A DNA stretch of 62,956 nucleotides, counting the filler, from Chiloscyllium plagiosum (lineage: Eukaryota): the NCBI RefSeq assembly GCF_004010195.1. It is 4 parts of one record of this genome, joined end to end, with 100 filler letters (N's around TTAATTAATTAA, not from the genome) between each part and the next. Parts side by side here need not be neighbours in the genome. Positions count along the whole stretch, not along the records: positions 40,476 to 54,790 come from NC_057713.1; positions 54,891 to 62,956 come from NC_057713.1; 2 more parts are not named here. One strand, given 5' to 3'. Made by a program: the position numbers and the translations under genes. Positions 46,691-59,546 of the stretch are shown piece after piece; the stretch's first letter is position 1, and each line of letters begins with the position of its first letter. The notes below the pieces were generated by a model. That model was not told where the DNA came from. It ran no database searches and worked only from the letters and a program-made list of their open reading frames with translations.

Positions 46691-47636
46691 ATTCTCAACT
46701 TTCCCTCCAACTCTCCCGAAAATCAATTGTGAAATCAGCTTACAGGCAAATAATCTAACAATTATCCAAGAAAAGAAATTCTCCTGCTCTCCCTTCGAGA
46801 TCCCTTGTCAATGACTTTTAATCTTTTGCCTCTGGTTATTGATCCACTAGCCAAAGGGAATAGATTTTCTTTCTTAAAATGCATTGATCGGCTTGAGAGA
46901 CCAGCTCGTTCACCTCACAGCCTTCAAATAAAGCATTGCAGATGACAGAAATCTAAAAGTTAAAAAGAAAGGAAGAGTTGACAAAACAGAAGTTGGACAG
47001 CATCAAGGGCAAAGCAACCTGTTTGACTGGCACCCAATCTTCAATCACTTCATCACCGATACACAAAGCAGCAACGTGTACCTTCAGCTGCAGGAATTCA
47101 CCAAGGTTCCTCAGCACCATTCAAACCTGAGACTAAAACTGGAAAGTCAGGAGCAGCATCTGTATGTCCCCCTGCAAGCCACATTTTCTCCTGACTTGGA
47201 AGTATATCACTCTCCTTCATTGATGATGGGTCAAAATCACAGAACTCCCTCTTTAACAGCATTCTGGGATTACAGTAAGTCGTGAAGACGTCTCGCCATC
47301 GCCTTTTCAGAGGCATTTAGGGGTGATCTAACAATCAACTTTTTACATTCAAGATGTATTTAATTTACATAGTGAAAATGCCGTAGCTGCTGTGTTGGGT
47401 TTGAATTCATACCTGCAGAGTCTTCTCATGGTATAGTCACTGGTTCAGTAATCCAGTGACATTATCTCAGCACTATCTCCTCCCCACCTGCTATCTGTGA
47501 AAATGGGGGCAGTGATTTCAGGTCTTTTGGTGTCTAACCTGCTGTTTGTACTGTAACTGAGGGTAGTTACACCTGTTAAGACATTTAGAAATACCAATCT
47601 TCAGTATTGCTGGAAATGACACATATTATCAAAGTT

Positions 47637-49086
47637 TAGATCAGAGTGGTGCTGGAAAAGCACAGCAGGTCAGGCAGCATCCGAGGAGCAGGAAAATCGA
47701 CGTTTCGGGCAAACGCCCTTCATCAGGAATAGAGGCAGGGTGCCTGCAGAGTGGAGAGATAAATGGGAGGCGGGTGGGGGTGGGGAGAAGGTAGCAAAGA
47801 GTACAATAGGTGATTGGACGTGGGGATGGAGGTGATAGGTCAGAGAGGAGGGTGCGGGAAGGTAGCAAAGAGTACAATGGGTGAATGGGGGTGGGGATGG
47901 AGGTGATAGGTCAGAGGGGGGGGTGGNNNNNNNNNNNNNNNNNNNNNNNNNNNNNNNNNNNNNNNNNNNNNNNNNNNNNNNNNNNNNNNNNNNNNNNNNN
48001 NNNNNNNNNNNNNNNNNNNNNNNNNNNNNNNNNNNNNNNNNNNNNNNNNNNNNNNNNNNNNNNNNNNNNNNNNNNNNNNNNNNNNNNNNNNNNNNNNNNN
48101 NNNNNNNNNNNNNNNNNNNNNNNNNNNNNNNNNNNNNNNNNNNNNNNNNNNNNNNNNNNNNNNNNNNNNNNNNNNNNNNNNNNNNNNNNNNNNNNNNNNN
48201 NNNNNNNNNNNNNNNNNNNNNNNNTGGAAAGGGGTGGGGAGGGAAATATATCTCTGGTGGTGGGGTCCATTTGTAAGTGGCGGAAATGTCGGCGGATGAT
48301 GCGGTTAATGTGAAGGTTGGTAGGGTGGAAGGTGAGCACCAGGGGGGATGTGTCCTTGTTACGGTTGGAGGGGTGGGGTTTGAGGGCGGAGGTGCGGGAT
48401 GTGGATGAAATGCATTGGAGAGCATCTTCAACCACGTGGGAAGGGAAATTGCGGTCTCTAAAGAAGGAGGCCATCTGGTGTGTTCTGTGGTGAAACTGGT
48501 CCTGCTGGGAGCAGATACGGTGGAGGCGGAGTAATTGGGAGTATGGGATGGCATTTTTGCAGGAGTTAGGGTGGGAAAAGGTGTAATCCAGGTAGCTGTG
48601 GGAGTTGGTGGGTTTGTAAAAAAAGTCAGTGTCAAATCGGTCATCATTAATGGAGATGGAGAGGTCCAGGAAGGGGAGGGAGGTGTCAGAGATGGTCCAG
48701 GGAAAGTTAAGGTTGGGGTGGAATGTGTTGGTGAAGTTGATGAACTGCTCAACCTCCTCACAGGAGCATGAGGTGGCACCGATGCAGTCATCAATGTAGC
48801 GGAGGGAGAGGTGGGGAGCGGTGCCGGTGTAATTACGGAAGATGGACTATTCTATGTAGCTGACAAAGAGACAGGCATAGCTGGGGCCCATATGGGTGCT
48901 CATGGCTACCCCTTTGGTTTGGAGGAAGTTGGAGGATTCAAAGGAGAAATTGTTAAGGGTGAGGACCAGTTCAACCAAACGAATGAGAGTTTCGGTGGAA
49001 GGGTACTGCTGGGGATGTCGGGAGAGGAAGAAACGGAGGGCTTGGAGGCCATGGTAGTGGCGGATGGAGGTGTAGAGGGATTGGAA
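47637..49086 (-). mobile_element. Penelope-like element with RT fragment and terminal hammerhead (N gap 47927-48224)
   Basis: Minus strand LQTKGVAMSTHMGPSYACLF, RYIDDCIG, PLVLTFHPTNLHINRIIRRHFRHLQ. Hammerhead CTGATGA-A-GGGC-GTTT-GCCC-GAAAC-GTC at 47699-47726. Confidence 0.9.
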
Positions 49087-49396
49087 AGCCTGTTCATCTT
49101 TCGCTCAATAGAACTATTCGCAAGAAACACCAAAGTAAAGAGAAAAGAGCATTGATACTGAGTGGGAGGAAAGTGAACTCCCTGGTTGGTGGAGATATTG
49201 CTGTGTAGAATGTAATATAGTTAATGATGACTAACAGTTGAATGTCAAGTTTTATTTAAATTTTAAATGAGGTTGACTCTGATTCATCAAGGTGAGTCAG
49301 AAAATGATTGTTATTTATCTTGTTGATTGTAAACAAACAGAATGTGTGCCTAGTTGTTTTCTGTCCATGTAGGAACAGGTCCTGTCTATTCATGTA

Positions 49397-50018
49397 TGTT
49401 ATAGACCAGATTAAACCCCCTCAAACTATTCAGAAGGTAGTCTAGACTCTTGGGTTTTTCTTATTTTAAAGGTAAATGTAAGATATTGTGTTCCAATTGG
49501 TCAAACTACCAGATTTACAGCAAAACACACTTTATTCACCCACTACAGTTAAAATAAAACAAAAGAAAGGAGGAATTGGAATATCTTAACTCTACTGGAA
49601 AACTTGATGGATTAATAAATACAGTAACTATCACTAATTAACTGTTCCAATATAGTAATGTCCCATAAACACACCTTTGGTAAAGGCAAATTCAGAACAC
49701 AGTTTGTCTCATATGCAACTCTTGTAGCAGGAAGAGGGGAACCCCCAGCCTTTGGCTCTAACTGAGAGAGGGACAAAGTAGCTTTCACGTCGTCAAGAGC
49801 TTAACAGCAATTGCTGAAAGCTAAAACTAAAACCTATGGTTCTCTGGGTGGGAGCTGGACCACACCCATTCAGGCTGCTTCTATTGTTCTGACTTTAATT
49901 AAAAAAAAGCCAAGGCTTCACAAGTTGTTTATTTTCTCATAGAAGCTCTGCGCCTGTCCCCTAACCTCTTTTGAAATAAAAGGACAAAACATACTTCTCA
50001 AAGCCACAGTATCATCGC
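49397..50018. mobile_element. Possible solo LTR nested in another repeat
   Basis: Starts TGTTAT, non-coding, minus-strand AATAAA at ~49531. The other terminus is degenerate. Confidence 0.35.
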
Positions 50019-53000
50019 TTATGTAGCTTCTAGAACATGCAAGCAGACCACTGTATTTGATAATCCTAAACTAGCTTTCATCATAATTCTTTGCACATTT
50101 GGGATTATTTAGCAATTATCTTCTAATCGCAGAATCATGTCTAACATTCAACATTTCATCGAGGATTTTGCAAATACAAGTTAGTTGGGCATTATCCACA
50201 TATTGTGAACAGCCAGTGGGCTATGCTATTTGATAAAATTCATCAGTCTGTATGATATATGAGCTACATATGTAACACTCTCCTCTCATATAGTAGGGAT
50301 GCTGTTTTCCTTCTGTTCCGATACTATTTGCAAATGGCCCTGATAAGAACAAGGCAAAAACATGGGGAAAAAATCTTTTGTTTCAGCATTATTCTTGTTT
50401 CTTATCTAAAAATAGAAAATGCAGGAAAAATTCAGGTTTGCCTGGCATCGTCTACGGTAAGACAAATCGTTTCAATCATGGCTACTCTTTAAATATACTT
50501 CAACAGCTGTAAAGTTCATCATCCCCAGATGACCTATTAACTCAAGGACTGCTTGTTTCATTGTGAAACAGAGGAATGCAGAAATCCATGATTTACCCCA
50601 ACCAGCAGAATTTCTATAAACAGAACTCAAGTCCTGAACAAAACTATATCAGAATCATAGAAGGACAGCACTCACAAAATGTTACCTTTGTTTATCTGCT
50701 CACAGGAGCTACCAGACCTACAGAATTTCAACAGCGGTTACTATTCTCATATGAGATTTACAGTATTTGCAGTATTTTGCTTTTATTTGATGCAAGTCCA
50801 CCTCAGTGAACAATAATCATGCTCACAACATATCAGCATAACTTGCATCTGCATGCTAACTCCAGATCTCGAGTAATGTGCATTACTTCTCTGTTACACT
50901 TAGATTTAATTTGAACTTCAAACAGTAAGATGACTGTGACAATCTTGGAAAAATGAAATGTGTCCTTTATGACCCAACAGCTTATGAACTACTGTTTGAA
51001 AGCCTAGTCGCCATTGTAATATGGGAGTTGAGGGAATGAGTGAGGAAATGTAGAATGAACTCACTAAGGTCTGACCAGTTTAACCTCTTAGTGAGGGGTA
51101 GGGAGCATGTAGGCCTGTTCATTGTGGTGGGCCCATCATCGAGCAACAGGGAACGCATGATTAAAAAGCAGAACAGCCAAAATGGAGTGAGCTAAAGGAG
51201 GGGATGAGAGTGCTGGTGGCACTGGCCCATGTATTGGTAACGAGAGTTCAGGTTTTAATGTCTGATGTTCAAAGGCAAACATACAAGTTAGGAGCAGATG
51301 CAGGCCGCTTAAGTGTTTGACCCTGCTTTCCAGTTTAATTGTCTTATGGCTGATTTGATCACTCCACATTCCAATGTAGCCTTAATGACCTTCACTGAGG
51401 TAACCGGGCAATTTCAAGTGAGTTGTTCAGAACTCTGGCTTCCCTTGCCAAGAGAAGATAAGCCACAATGAGACCTTGCCTCTGCATATGTCTGTTTAAC
51501 CTCCTACAATACTCTCAATGGCCTCACCCTGTGCCTATGGTTACTAAGAAACACCGTCAGACATTTTGGTATGAAAAAGGAGCTATAGAAATGTACATTG
51601 GTGTGATTCATTTACCTTGACCCCATTTGACCTTGACTGGATCTCCATTTCCTTCCATCTATCTATTTAGTGTCTGCTGATCACAACATGACCGGATGAG
51701 ATCGGACTTTCGAGGGCAGATCGCACCATGCAGTCTCTGACAATGCAGTGATTCGTTGCGTTTTTGCTCTGGCTAATAAAACCACATTTTCAAAAACATT
51801 TTTTTGAGACAATTAATACTGTAGAATGTGTAAATGCGAACAGCTGCTGACATGATGCACAAAAATAATAAATAAGATTTGTAAAAGGAATAACTGTCCA
51901 CTTTACACATAAAGTCACATTTGCAATAATTAATAACTGATTTTGCATAATAGTAATGGCATTCTTACAAAAACTCATACCTCAATGTCACAGTAGGCTG
52001 AGCAAAATAAATAATTAAAATTATGCTGCCTGTTCTGTTCGCTAATGCATAAAATTATCTTTTCCCCTGTTTCCAGCTTCAAAAGCTATTTGTTCAGCCT
52101 GGGGAGCCAGAGGTGAAGTTTCTGATGTTTACTGGTCTGTGCCTCACTGGCCCTGTGTGAGCTACACCTGATTTTAACATGCACACTCTGACAGCTCAAC
52201 AATGACCTTGGTCCAGTCAACAACAGCCTTATGACAAGCAAAACATCAGGATGCGGTTAAAGACTACTTAACGACTGATGACTGTTCCTTCCCTGCTGCT
52301 GGCTCAAAAACTTGCAATTCCTTCCCTTACAGCACTATGTGTCTACCGACAGCACATAGACTGCAGCGTTTCAAGAAGGGAGCCCCCCCCACCTTCTCTA
52401 CGGCAATAAATGCTGACCCAAGATCATCCCATCAGGGAATTAACAAAAGAGTACAGATCTGGGAACAGGCTGTTTTCAATCTATTAACAGGTAATGAGAT
52501 AGAATCAATCAGAGATCTTATGATTACGTAGCTTCTTGGGTTACAGTCACAACATGAGAGCAACATGAGTCACAAACCAATGTCTTCAAGTAACTAAAGT
52601 CAGTCACAGAGGCATGGAGAAAGAGTTGTCCAAAGGGAATGGGCAAATAGACAAAGTGAAAGGCCAGAATTTGAGCTATAACAGATATTTAAGCAAGTAT
52701 TTCATAAAGCTCAGAGAAAACCTTTTCTACTCAATGACAAGGCCTGCATGAGAAGGATGAACCATCCATGGTTAGCAAAGGCATTCAAGGAGAATGTCCA
52801 ATCAAAAGCTAGTCCATACTAAGTGGTGAAAACAAAGATGATGCTCCTGTTTCAGCAGCAGAAGCAGAAACTCCAGGTTAGTTAAACCTAACATCTGGTG
52901 TTAGGAAAATAGGTAGTGCCTTATGTTAAGGAAGAAGTCACAGCACATTCAGAAAAGCTTGGTACGATCTGAAATAATTCCACAGAGGCTGGTATCCCAT

Positions 53001-53232
53001 CACCAAGTCACCCTGTACTGACATGTGGGGAGTCCTTCAAACTGATCCAGCTCCCTCAGAAGCTCTGACACTCTTATTTACATCTGTAAGTATGGCTTCC
53101 CCGATTGGACCAGGTTAACAGCCCCACTCAGGGAACTCCTATTCGAAACAAACCCCGTAAGAACTGTGGATCTGCAAGTCAGAAACAAAAGCAGCAATTG
53201 CTGAAAAAGCTCAGCAGGTTTGGCAGCATAAA

Positions 53233-53773
53233 ACATAGGGAACATAGAAAAGTACAGCACAGAACAGGCCCTTTGGCCCACAATGTTGTGCTGAGGTTTA
53301 ATCCTAATGTAAAATATAGTAACTTAACCTACACATCCCTCAACTCACTGCTATCCATGTGCATGTCCAGCAGTCGCTTAAATGTCCCCAATGACTCTGC
53401 TTCCACCACCACAGCTGGCACTGCATTCCATGCACTCACAACTCTCTGCGTAAAGAACCTACCTCTGACGTCTCCTTTATACCTTCCTCCTAATATCTTC
53501 AAACTATGACTCCTCATACCCGTCAATCCTGTCCTGGGGAAAAGTCCCTGGCTATTGACTCTATCTATTACAATCGTTATTTTGTACATCTCGATCAGGT
53601 CTCCTCTCTTTCTCCTTCTCTCCAGAGAGAAAAGTCTGAGCTTATTCAATCTTTCTTCGTAAGGCAAGCCCTCCAATCCAGGCAGCATCCTGGTAAACTT
53701 TCTTTGCTCCCTCTCCAAAGCCTCTGTACCTTTCCTACAGGAGGGTGACCAGACCTGGACACAATATTCCAAG
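53233..53773 (-). mobile_element. CR1 3' fragment
   Basis: LEYCVQVWSP...RFFTQRVVSAWNAVPAVVVEA and (ATAGAAC)-type tail. Confidence 0.88.
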
Positions 53774-53844
53774 CATCTGTGGAGAGAAATCAAAGTTAAG
53801 GTTTCGGGTCGCATGACACTTCTTCAGAAGTAAAAATTATTAAT

Positions 53845-54557
53845 TCTCACCCCTCAGCCTCTGACACTCCAGGGAAAACAGCCCTGGTCTATTCACCCTC
53901 TCCTTATAGCTCAAATCTTCCAACCCTGGCAACATCCTTGTAAATATTTTCTGATTTGAGCTATGTGGAGAGGGTTAATAGATTAGAGTAGTGCTTTTTC
54001 AGCACCACTCTAATCTATACACCCTCTCCCTATAGTTCAAATCTTCCAACCCTGGCAACATACTTGTAAATTCAGGTTTCACAACATCCTTTTGATGGGA
54101 GGGAGACCAGAATTGCACACAATATTCCAACAATGGCCTAACCAATGTCCTGTAGCCACAACATGACTTCCCAACTCCAATACTCAACGCTCTGTCCAAT
54201 AAAGGAAAGCATACTAAACACCTTCTTCACTATCCTATCTACCTGAGACTCCACTTTCAAGGAACATTTAACCTGCACTCCAAGGTCTCTTTGTTCAGCA
54301 ACACTCCCCAGGACCTTACCATTAAGTATATAAGTACTACCCTGATATGCCTTTCCAAAATGCAGCACCTCGCATTTATCTAAATTAAACTCCATATACC
54401 ACTGTTTGGCCCATTGGCCCATCAAAAGCCCGTTTTACTCTGAAGTAACCTTCTTCGCTGTCCACTACATCTCCAATTTTGGTGTCATCAGCAAACTTAC
54501 TAACTATACCTCCTATGTTCACATCCAAATCATTTATATAAATGATGAAAAGCAGTG
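53845..54557 (-). mobile_element. CR1 RT fragment containing a fold-back/PLE scar at 53953-54043
   Basis: MEFNLDKCEVLHFGK...RTLVRPLLEYCVQFWSP. Confidence 0.88.
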
Positions 54558-54790
54558 GAGAAAGTGAGGTCTGCAGATGCTGGAGATCAAAGTTGAAACT
54601 TTATTGCTGGAACAGCACAGCAGGTCAGGCAGCATCCAGGGAACAGGAGATTCGACGTTTCGGGCACAGGCCCTTCTTCATTCCTGAAGAAGGGCCTGTG
54701 CCCGAAACGTCGAATCTCCTGTTCCCTGGATGCTGCCTGACCTGCTGTGCTGTTCCAGCAATAAAGTTTCAACTTTGATCTCCAGCATAT
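54558..54790. mobile_element. Palindromic PLE insertion (runs into assembly join)
   Basis: Near-perfect inverted arms centred at ~54682, starting GAGAAAGTGAGG like the other copies. Confidence 0.88.
54680..54715 (+). ncRNA. Minimal hammerhead ribozyme motif with paired helix I
   Basis: ATTC-CTGAAGA-A-GGGC-CTGT-GCCC-GAAAC-GTC-GAAT. Helix I is ATTC/GAAT. Confidence 0.75.
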
Positions 54791-54834
54791 NNNNNNNNNN
54801 NNNNNNNNNNNNNNNNNNNNNNNNNNNNNNNNNN

Positions 54835-54846
54835 TTAATTAATTAA
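54835..54846. other. Artificial scaffold linker in 100-bp join (54791-54890)
   Basis: 44 N + TTAATTAATTAA + 44 N. Confidence 0.95.
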
Positions 54847-54890
54847 NNNNNNNNNNNNNNNNNNNNNNNNNNNNNNNNNNNNNNNNNNNN

Positions 54891-55215
54891 ACATTTAAAC
54901 CCTGGAACCTGCAACAGCCAATCCTGTCCCTGTTCTACCCATGTCTCCGTAATAGCCACAACATCGAAGTCCCAGGTACCAACCCACGCTGCAAGTTCAC
55001 CTGCGCGCTTTTATAGGGAAAAGACCTACCCAGCTGCCCCTCTGGTCTTCGTCACATCCCCCTGCTGCTCCCGCTCTTTCTGTGAAGAGAGAAAAAAAAA
55101 CACAACTGCCCGCTACCGGTAAGTAATTTTAAAACAAAATCTCTCATCTTAGCTGTAGCCTTCCGGGTTCCTTTACACTCTGCTGCTGCTCGCACTCAAA
55201 ATGACCGTTGGCGTC
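54891..55215 (-). mobile_element. CR1 5' region: probable 5' UTR fused directly to ORF2 endonuclease (ORF1 missing)
   Basis: 54891-55002 matches 40585-40697 (GELAAWVGTWDFDVVAITETW). Upstream of it is a CpG-containing leader instead of ORF1. Confidence 0.65.
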
Positions 55216-56210
55216 GACGGTTATTTGCAAATTTAGTTTGCAATTTGTTTTAGTGAAGAAATTTGAAGGACAAACATATCTAGTGACAGCACAGAAATTC
55301 ACTGAAGGGAAACCCAATGCAATTGTATCAGGCTAAGTTTGAGCAAGGAGCCCTAGCGTGGAGATAAATCTTCAGTAAAGGTTGGTTGTTTGCAAGGATA
55401 TTGCTGGGATAAAAGGAATAGTGTGAAATGGTATCCCTTTCTGATGTCTTCAGTAAAACCTTTCCAACACTTCTTTTTGTGATGTGATAGAACTCATGTG
55501 TTCTTATTTAATAATGTATTATTTGTGTTAAAAATCCACTGTCAGTGTCTATGGGCAGAGACTGACCTCCATGGTTTAAATAGAAATAGGATCTACCAAG
55601 CCTGGTCTCATTCTGGGATCTTGAATGCTAACATCACCTGGGACCATATAACAACCCATCGACCAGTCCACCAACTTACACTTCTGCAACGTTATCCACT
55701 TCCACCCCGCTGTACGCTCCCCTCTACCTGCTTTTTCAGCATTAAACTAGATTTAATTTTGACATTCTCACCCTTATGAATCCTCCTTTGTTCTCAAAAC
55801 CTCCAGCCTTCCCAAAGCTCATCTCCCCTTCGCCATTACCCACATTGTTGCCGACTGATACTGGTTTCATGTTCCCTTAACTCCTGCAGTTAAATAATGT
55901 GCATTTTCAATCTTCAGATCCCTTGCTAGCATTATACCGCTGCCAATTTTCCCAGTCTTACTTACCTTCCTTCACCCTTCGATCCCCTAACTCTGGCATT
56001 TTTTGTACATTCCTTTCTTCTTCACCCAAAACCTTCAACTATCTTGGCTTCATTTTATAAGTGTCCACACTTACCTCTGAGCCAAGAGGCCTGGATTCAA
56101 GTCCGACTTACTCCAGCAGTGTGCTATAACAACTCTGAAGAGGGGTTGCTTTAAAAACAAAACCTATAAACTATGGGATGTGAGAATTGCTGGCAAAGCC
56201 CAGTACTAGT

Positions 56211-56788
56211 TGTGCATTTCGGGAAAGCAAATCTTAGCAGGACTTATACACTTAATGGTAAGGTCCTAGGAAGTGTTGCTGGACAAAGAGACCATGTTGT
56301 GAAACTTGAAAGGGTTCAGAAAAGATTTACAAGGATGTTGTCAGGATTGGAGGATTTGAACTATAGGGAGAGATTGAATAGGCTGGGGCTGTTTTCCCTG
56401 GAGGCTGAGGGGTGACCTTATTGAGGTTTACAAAATTATGAGGGGCATGGATAGGATAAATAGACAAAGTCTTTTCCCTGGGGTTGGGGAGTCCAGAACT
56501 AGAGGGCATAGGTTTAGGGTGAGAGGAGAAAGATATGAAAGAGTCCTAAGGGGCAACGTTTTCATGCAGAGGGTGGTGCATGTGTGGAATGGGCTGCCAG
56601 AGGAAGTGGTGGAGGCTAGTAAAATTGCAACATTTAAAAGCCTTCTGGATGGGTATATGAATAGGAAGGATGTGGAGGGATATGGGCCGGGTGCTGGTCG
56701 GTGGGACTAGATTGGTTTGGGATATGGTTGGCATGGACCAGTTGGACCAAAGGGTCTGTGTCCATGTTGTACATGTCTATGACTCTAT
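56211..56788 (+). mobile_element. CR1 3' fragment with internal deletion
   Basis: HFGKANLSRTYTLNGKVLGSVAGQRD joined directly to VVKLERVQKRF, then tail. Confidence 0.88.
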
Positions 56789-56931
56789 GTCCCTTGAACT
56801 GAGTTGCTTGTCAGACCATTTCAGAGACCAGGTAAAAGTCAATTAGATTGCCATGGGATCTAGACTCACATGAAGACAGGCTCATTAAAGATAGCTGATT
56901 TGAAAGACATTCTTGACATTCAACAGTGTTA

Positions 56932-57460
56932 CAATCACTGAATTCCCCCACCATTAACATCCTGGGGGATTACCACTGACCAGAAACTCAGCTGGACTTA
57001 CCAAATAAACAGAGTGATTCCAAGAGCAGATCAGAGTCTAGGAATACTGCAGCGAGTAACTCAACTTGTGACATCCCAAAGCCTGTTCACCATTACTAAG
57101 GCACAAGTCAGGAGTATGATGGAATACTCCCCACTTACCTGAATAGGTGCAACTCCAACAACACTCAAGAAGCTTGACACCATCCAGGACAAAGCAACCC
57201 ACTTGGTTGGCACCACATCCACAAACATCCACTCCCTCCATCACTGATGCTCAGTAGCAGCAGTGTGTACTATCTGTAAGATGCACTCCAGCAATTCTCC
57301 AAAGATCCTCAGGCAGCACCTTCCAAACCCAAGACCACTTCCATCTTGAAGATCAAGAGCAGGTACATAGGAACACCATCATTGCAAGTTCCCCTCCAAG
57401 CCACTCACCACCCCAATTTGGAAATATATCCTCATTCCTTCACTGTCGCCAGATCAAAAT
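56932..57460 (+). mobile_element. CR1-like LINE 3' remnant (second family)
   Basis: INILGDYH/DQKLSWT, KAQVRSMMEYSPL motifs. Homologous to 8325-8787. Confidence 0.7.
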
Positions 57461-59546
57461 CTTGGAATTGTGGGTCGACTTACAGCAGGTGAATTGCGGT
57501 GGTTCAGGAAGGCAGCTCAGCACCACTTTCTCAATGGCAACTAGAGGCGGCCAATAAATTCTGGGCCCAGCTATCGATGCCCACTTCCCACAACTGAATT
57601 TAAAAGAAAGTTTCCCGAGGGCAGTGGTGAAATTGATCGATTTTTTATGACAACCAGCAATCAAGTTCACAGTCACTATTACTGAGATAGTCTTTCAATT
57701 GAAGGGTTGTTAATTGAATTTTAAATTTCACCACCTGCTGCTGTGAATCCATGTCCCAAAATGCTCACCTGAACTGGAGAATTGCTTACTCGATGACATT
57801 ACCATTCCACCATCATCTCATGCAATTCTCCTAATGCTTATGTTTCACCACAACTTTCAAAAATCATTTCCTTTCAACTAAGTTGCTGGTCACTGCCGTT
57901 GACTTCCCCTTCCCTGGTTCAATATTTCTATTCCTGTTCTTTCCTCTGCTACTGCCTGTAAAGTGATGGTGACAGTTTCAACCCCAACACACACACACAT
58001 TCTGTGATTGTTTTATAACTCCCAGTAGTGGGGAGACTGTAAATGCAGCTTTTGTAGCTTCCAGCTGACTGGCTCAACCTTGAGGTCCTAAGAGATACCT
58101 TCACGGTGAGCAAGAAACTCACAGCCCCTTAGCCTCTATTTGTGTACTGCCTGATCCAAATGACCATTGTTTCAATTCTTTGCTTTCTTCAGTGTGTTGT
58201 AGTTGGCATGATCTATGACATTGCTCTTTGTGGGGAGGAATCTTGTCCCCTCCCTTATATCAGATTTCTGGGCATTAAATTGAGCTGGAGGCCAATCTGA
58301 AGAAAGGGGTTCATGTCCCATTGAAACCGCTAACCCCCCACCACCTCCTCTTCATTACGAGGAGTTGTGCTGCATATTATTTGTGAACCCTTCTGCTAAT
58401 AGGTCAGTTTGTATTTGCTACCACCTCTTGCTGAAGCCCTTTGCCAATGAGGAGTGCAGGACCACAGCAAGCTGCACGTGATCAGCTTTCCATTGGTCCA
58501 TGGTACTGTCCGTCAAGTGAAAAATGGGAGAGGATTGGTTGGGCTGGTGTAAGTGGGAATGCTCATGTGCATGGTGGGCGAAGGTGTAAGGCTCTGGGTA
58601 GAAAACATGAGGCACCTGGAACGCGAAATGTAACCATGATCCGACACATAGATTTGGTTCCTTCAACTTTAACGGCTTTGACTATTCCAACAGTTCAAAT
58701 ATTTGCATTTTGGAATTCAAAAAGGGGCCATATTTGCAGAGGACTGTTGAGGTTGGGTCATTAAGTATATTCAAAGTTGATATTGACAGATTTTTAATCA
58801 ATAAGGTTTAGGGAGAAAAGGCAGGACAGTGGAGTTGAGGATTATGACATCAGCTACAATATCAATGAATGGTGGAGCAGTGTCAATGGGCTGAATGGCC
58901 TCCCACTGCTCCTACATAGAGTGGTCTATTTAGGCCAATAAAATGTAGTTTTATAGAGATTCAGATATCATGTGTTGCAGTCATCTGTCAGGTTTGTAAC
59001 ATCTTTGTTATGGATCAAGACATTATTAACAAATTGAATTCCAAGAGAAAATCAAAGGACTCTGAAAGATTCCAATGGTAGAATCCTTTTCATTCCAGAA
59101 AAACTCGTCTCAATATTGAGCAACTCTCTGTCCCTATGACAATTGTCCATGTTCTCAGAAAGTTACAACTTAATATTGATGGCCCCTCAGCCACTAAGCA
59201 AAACCCCATTGGATTTTTTTCTGAGAACAATTCTGCAAAATGCCACAGAATGTTTAACTATGTGAAAGTCACTATCTAAATGAAGGTCATTTCTATAACA
59301 TCAATATTCTCAGAATTCTCAACCCTCAACCCACCGATCATCCTCAATTTCGTCTATTTTTGAAGTATATGCAGATTTAAACTTGTGCTTTCTCTTACAG
59401 CATCTCAGAATTGATATAATTCCTTTTCCTGTAGATCTTTCAGGATATTTTTCCTTACTGCCCAATTACCACATGGACAGGAAATTGAAGGAGGCTTTCC
59501 CAAGAGAAAATTAGGGAAGACAGTTGGGTCCATACTGAGTCACAGT

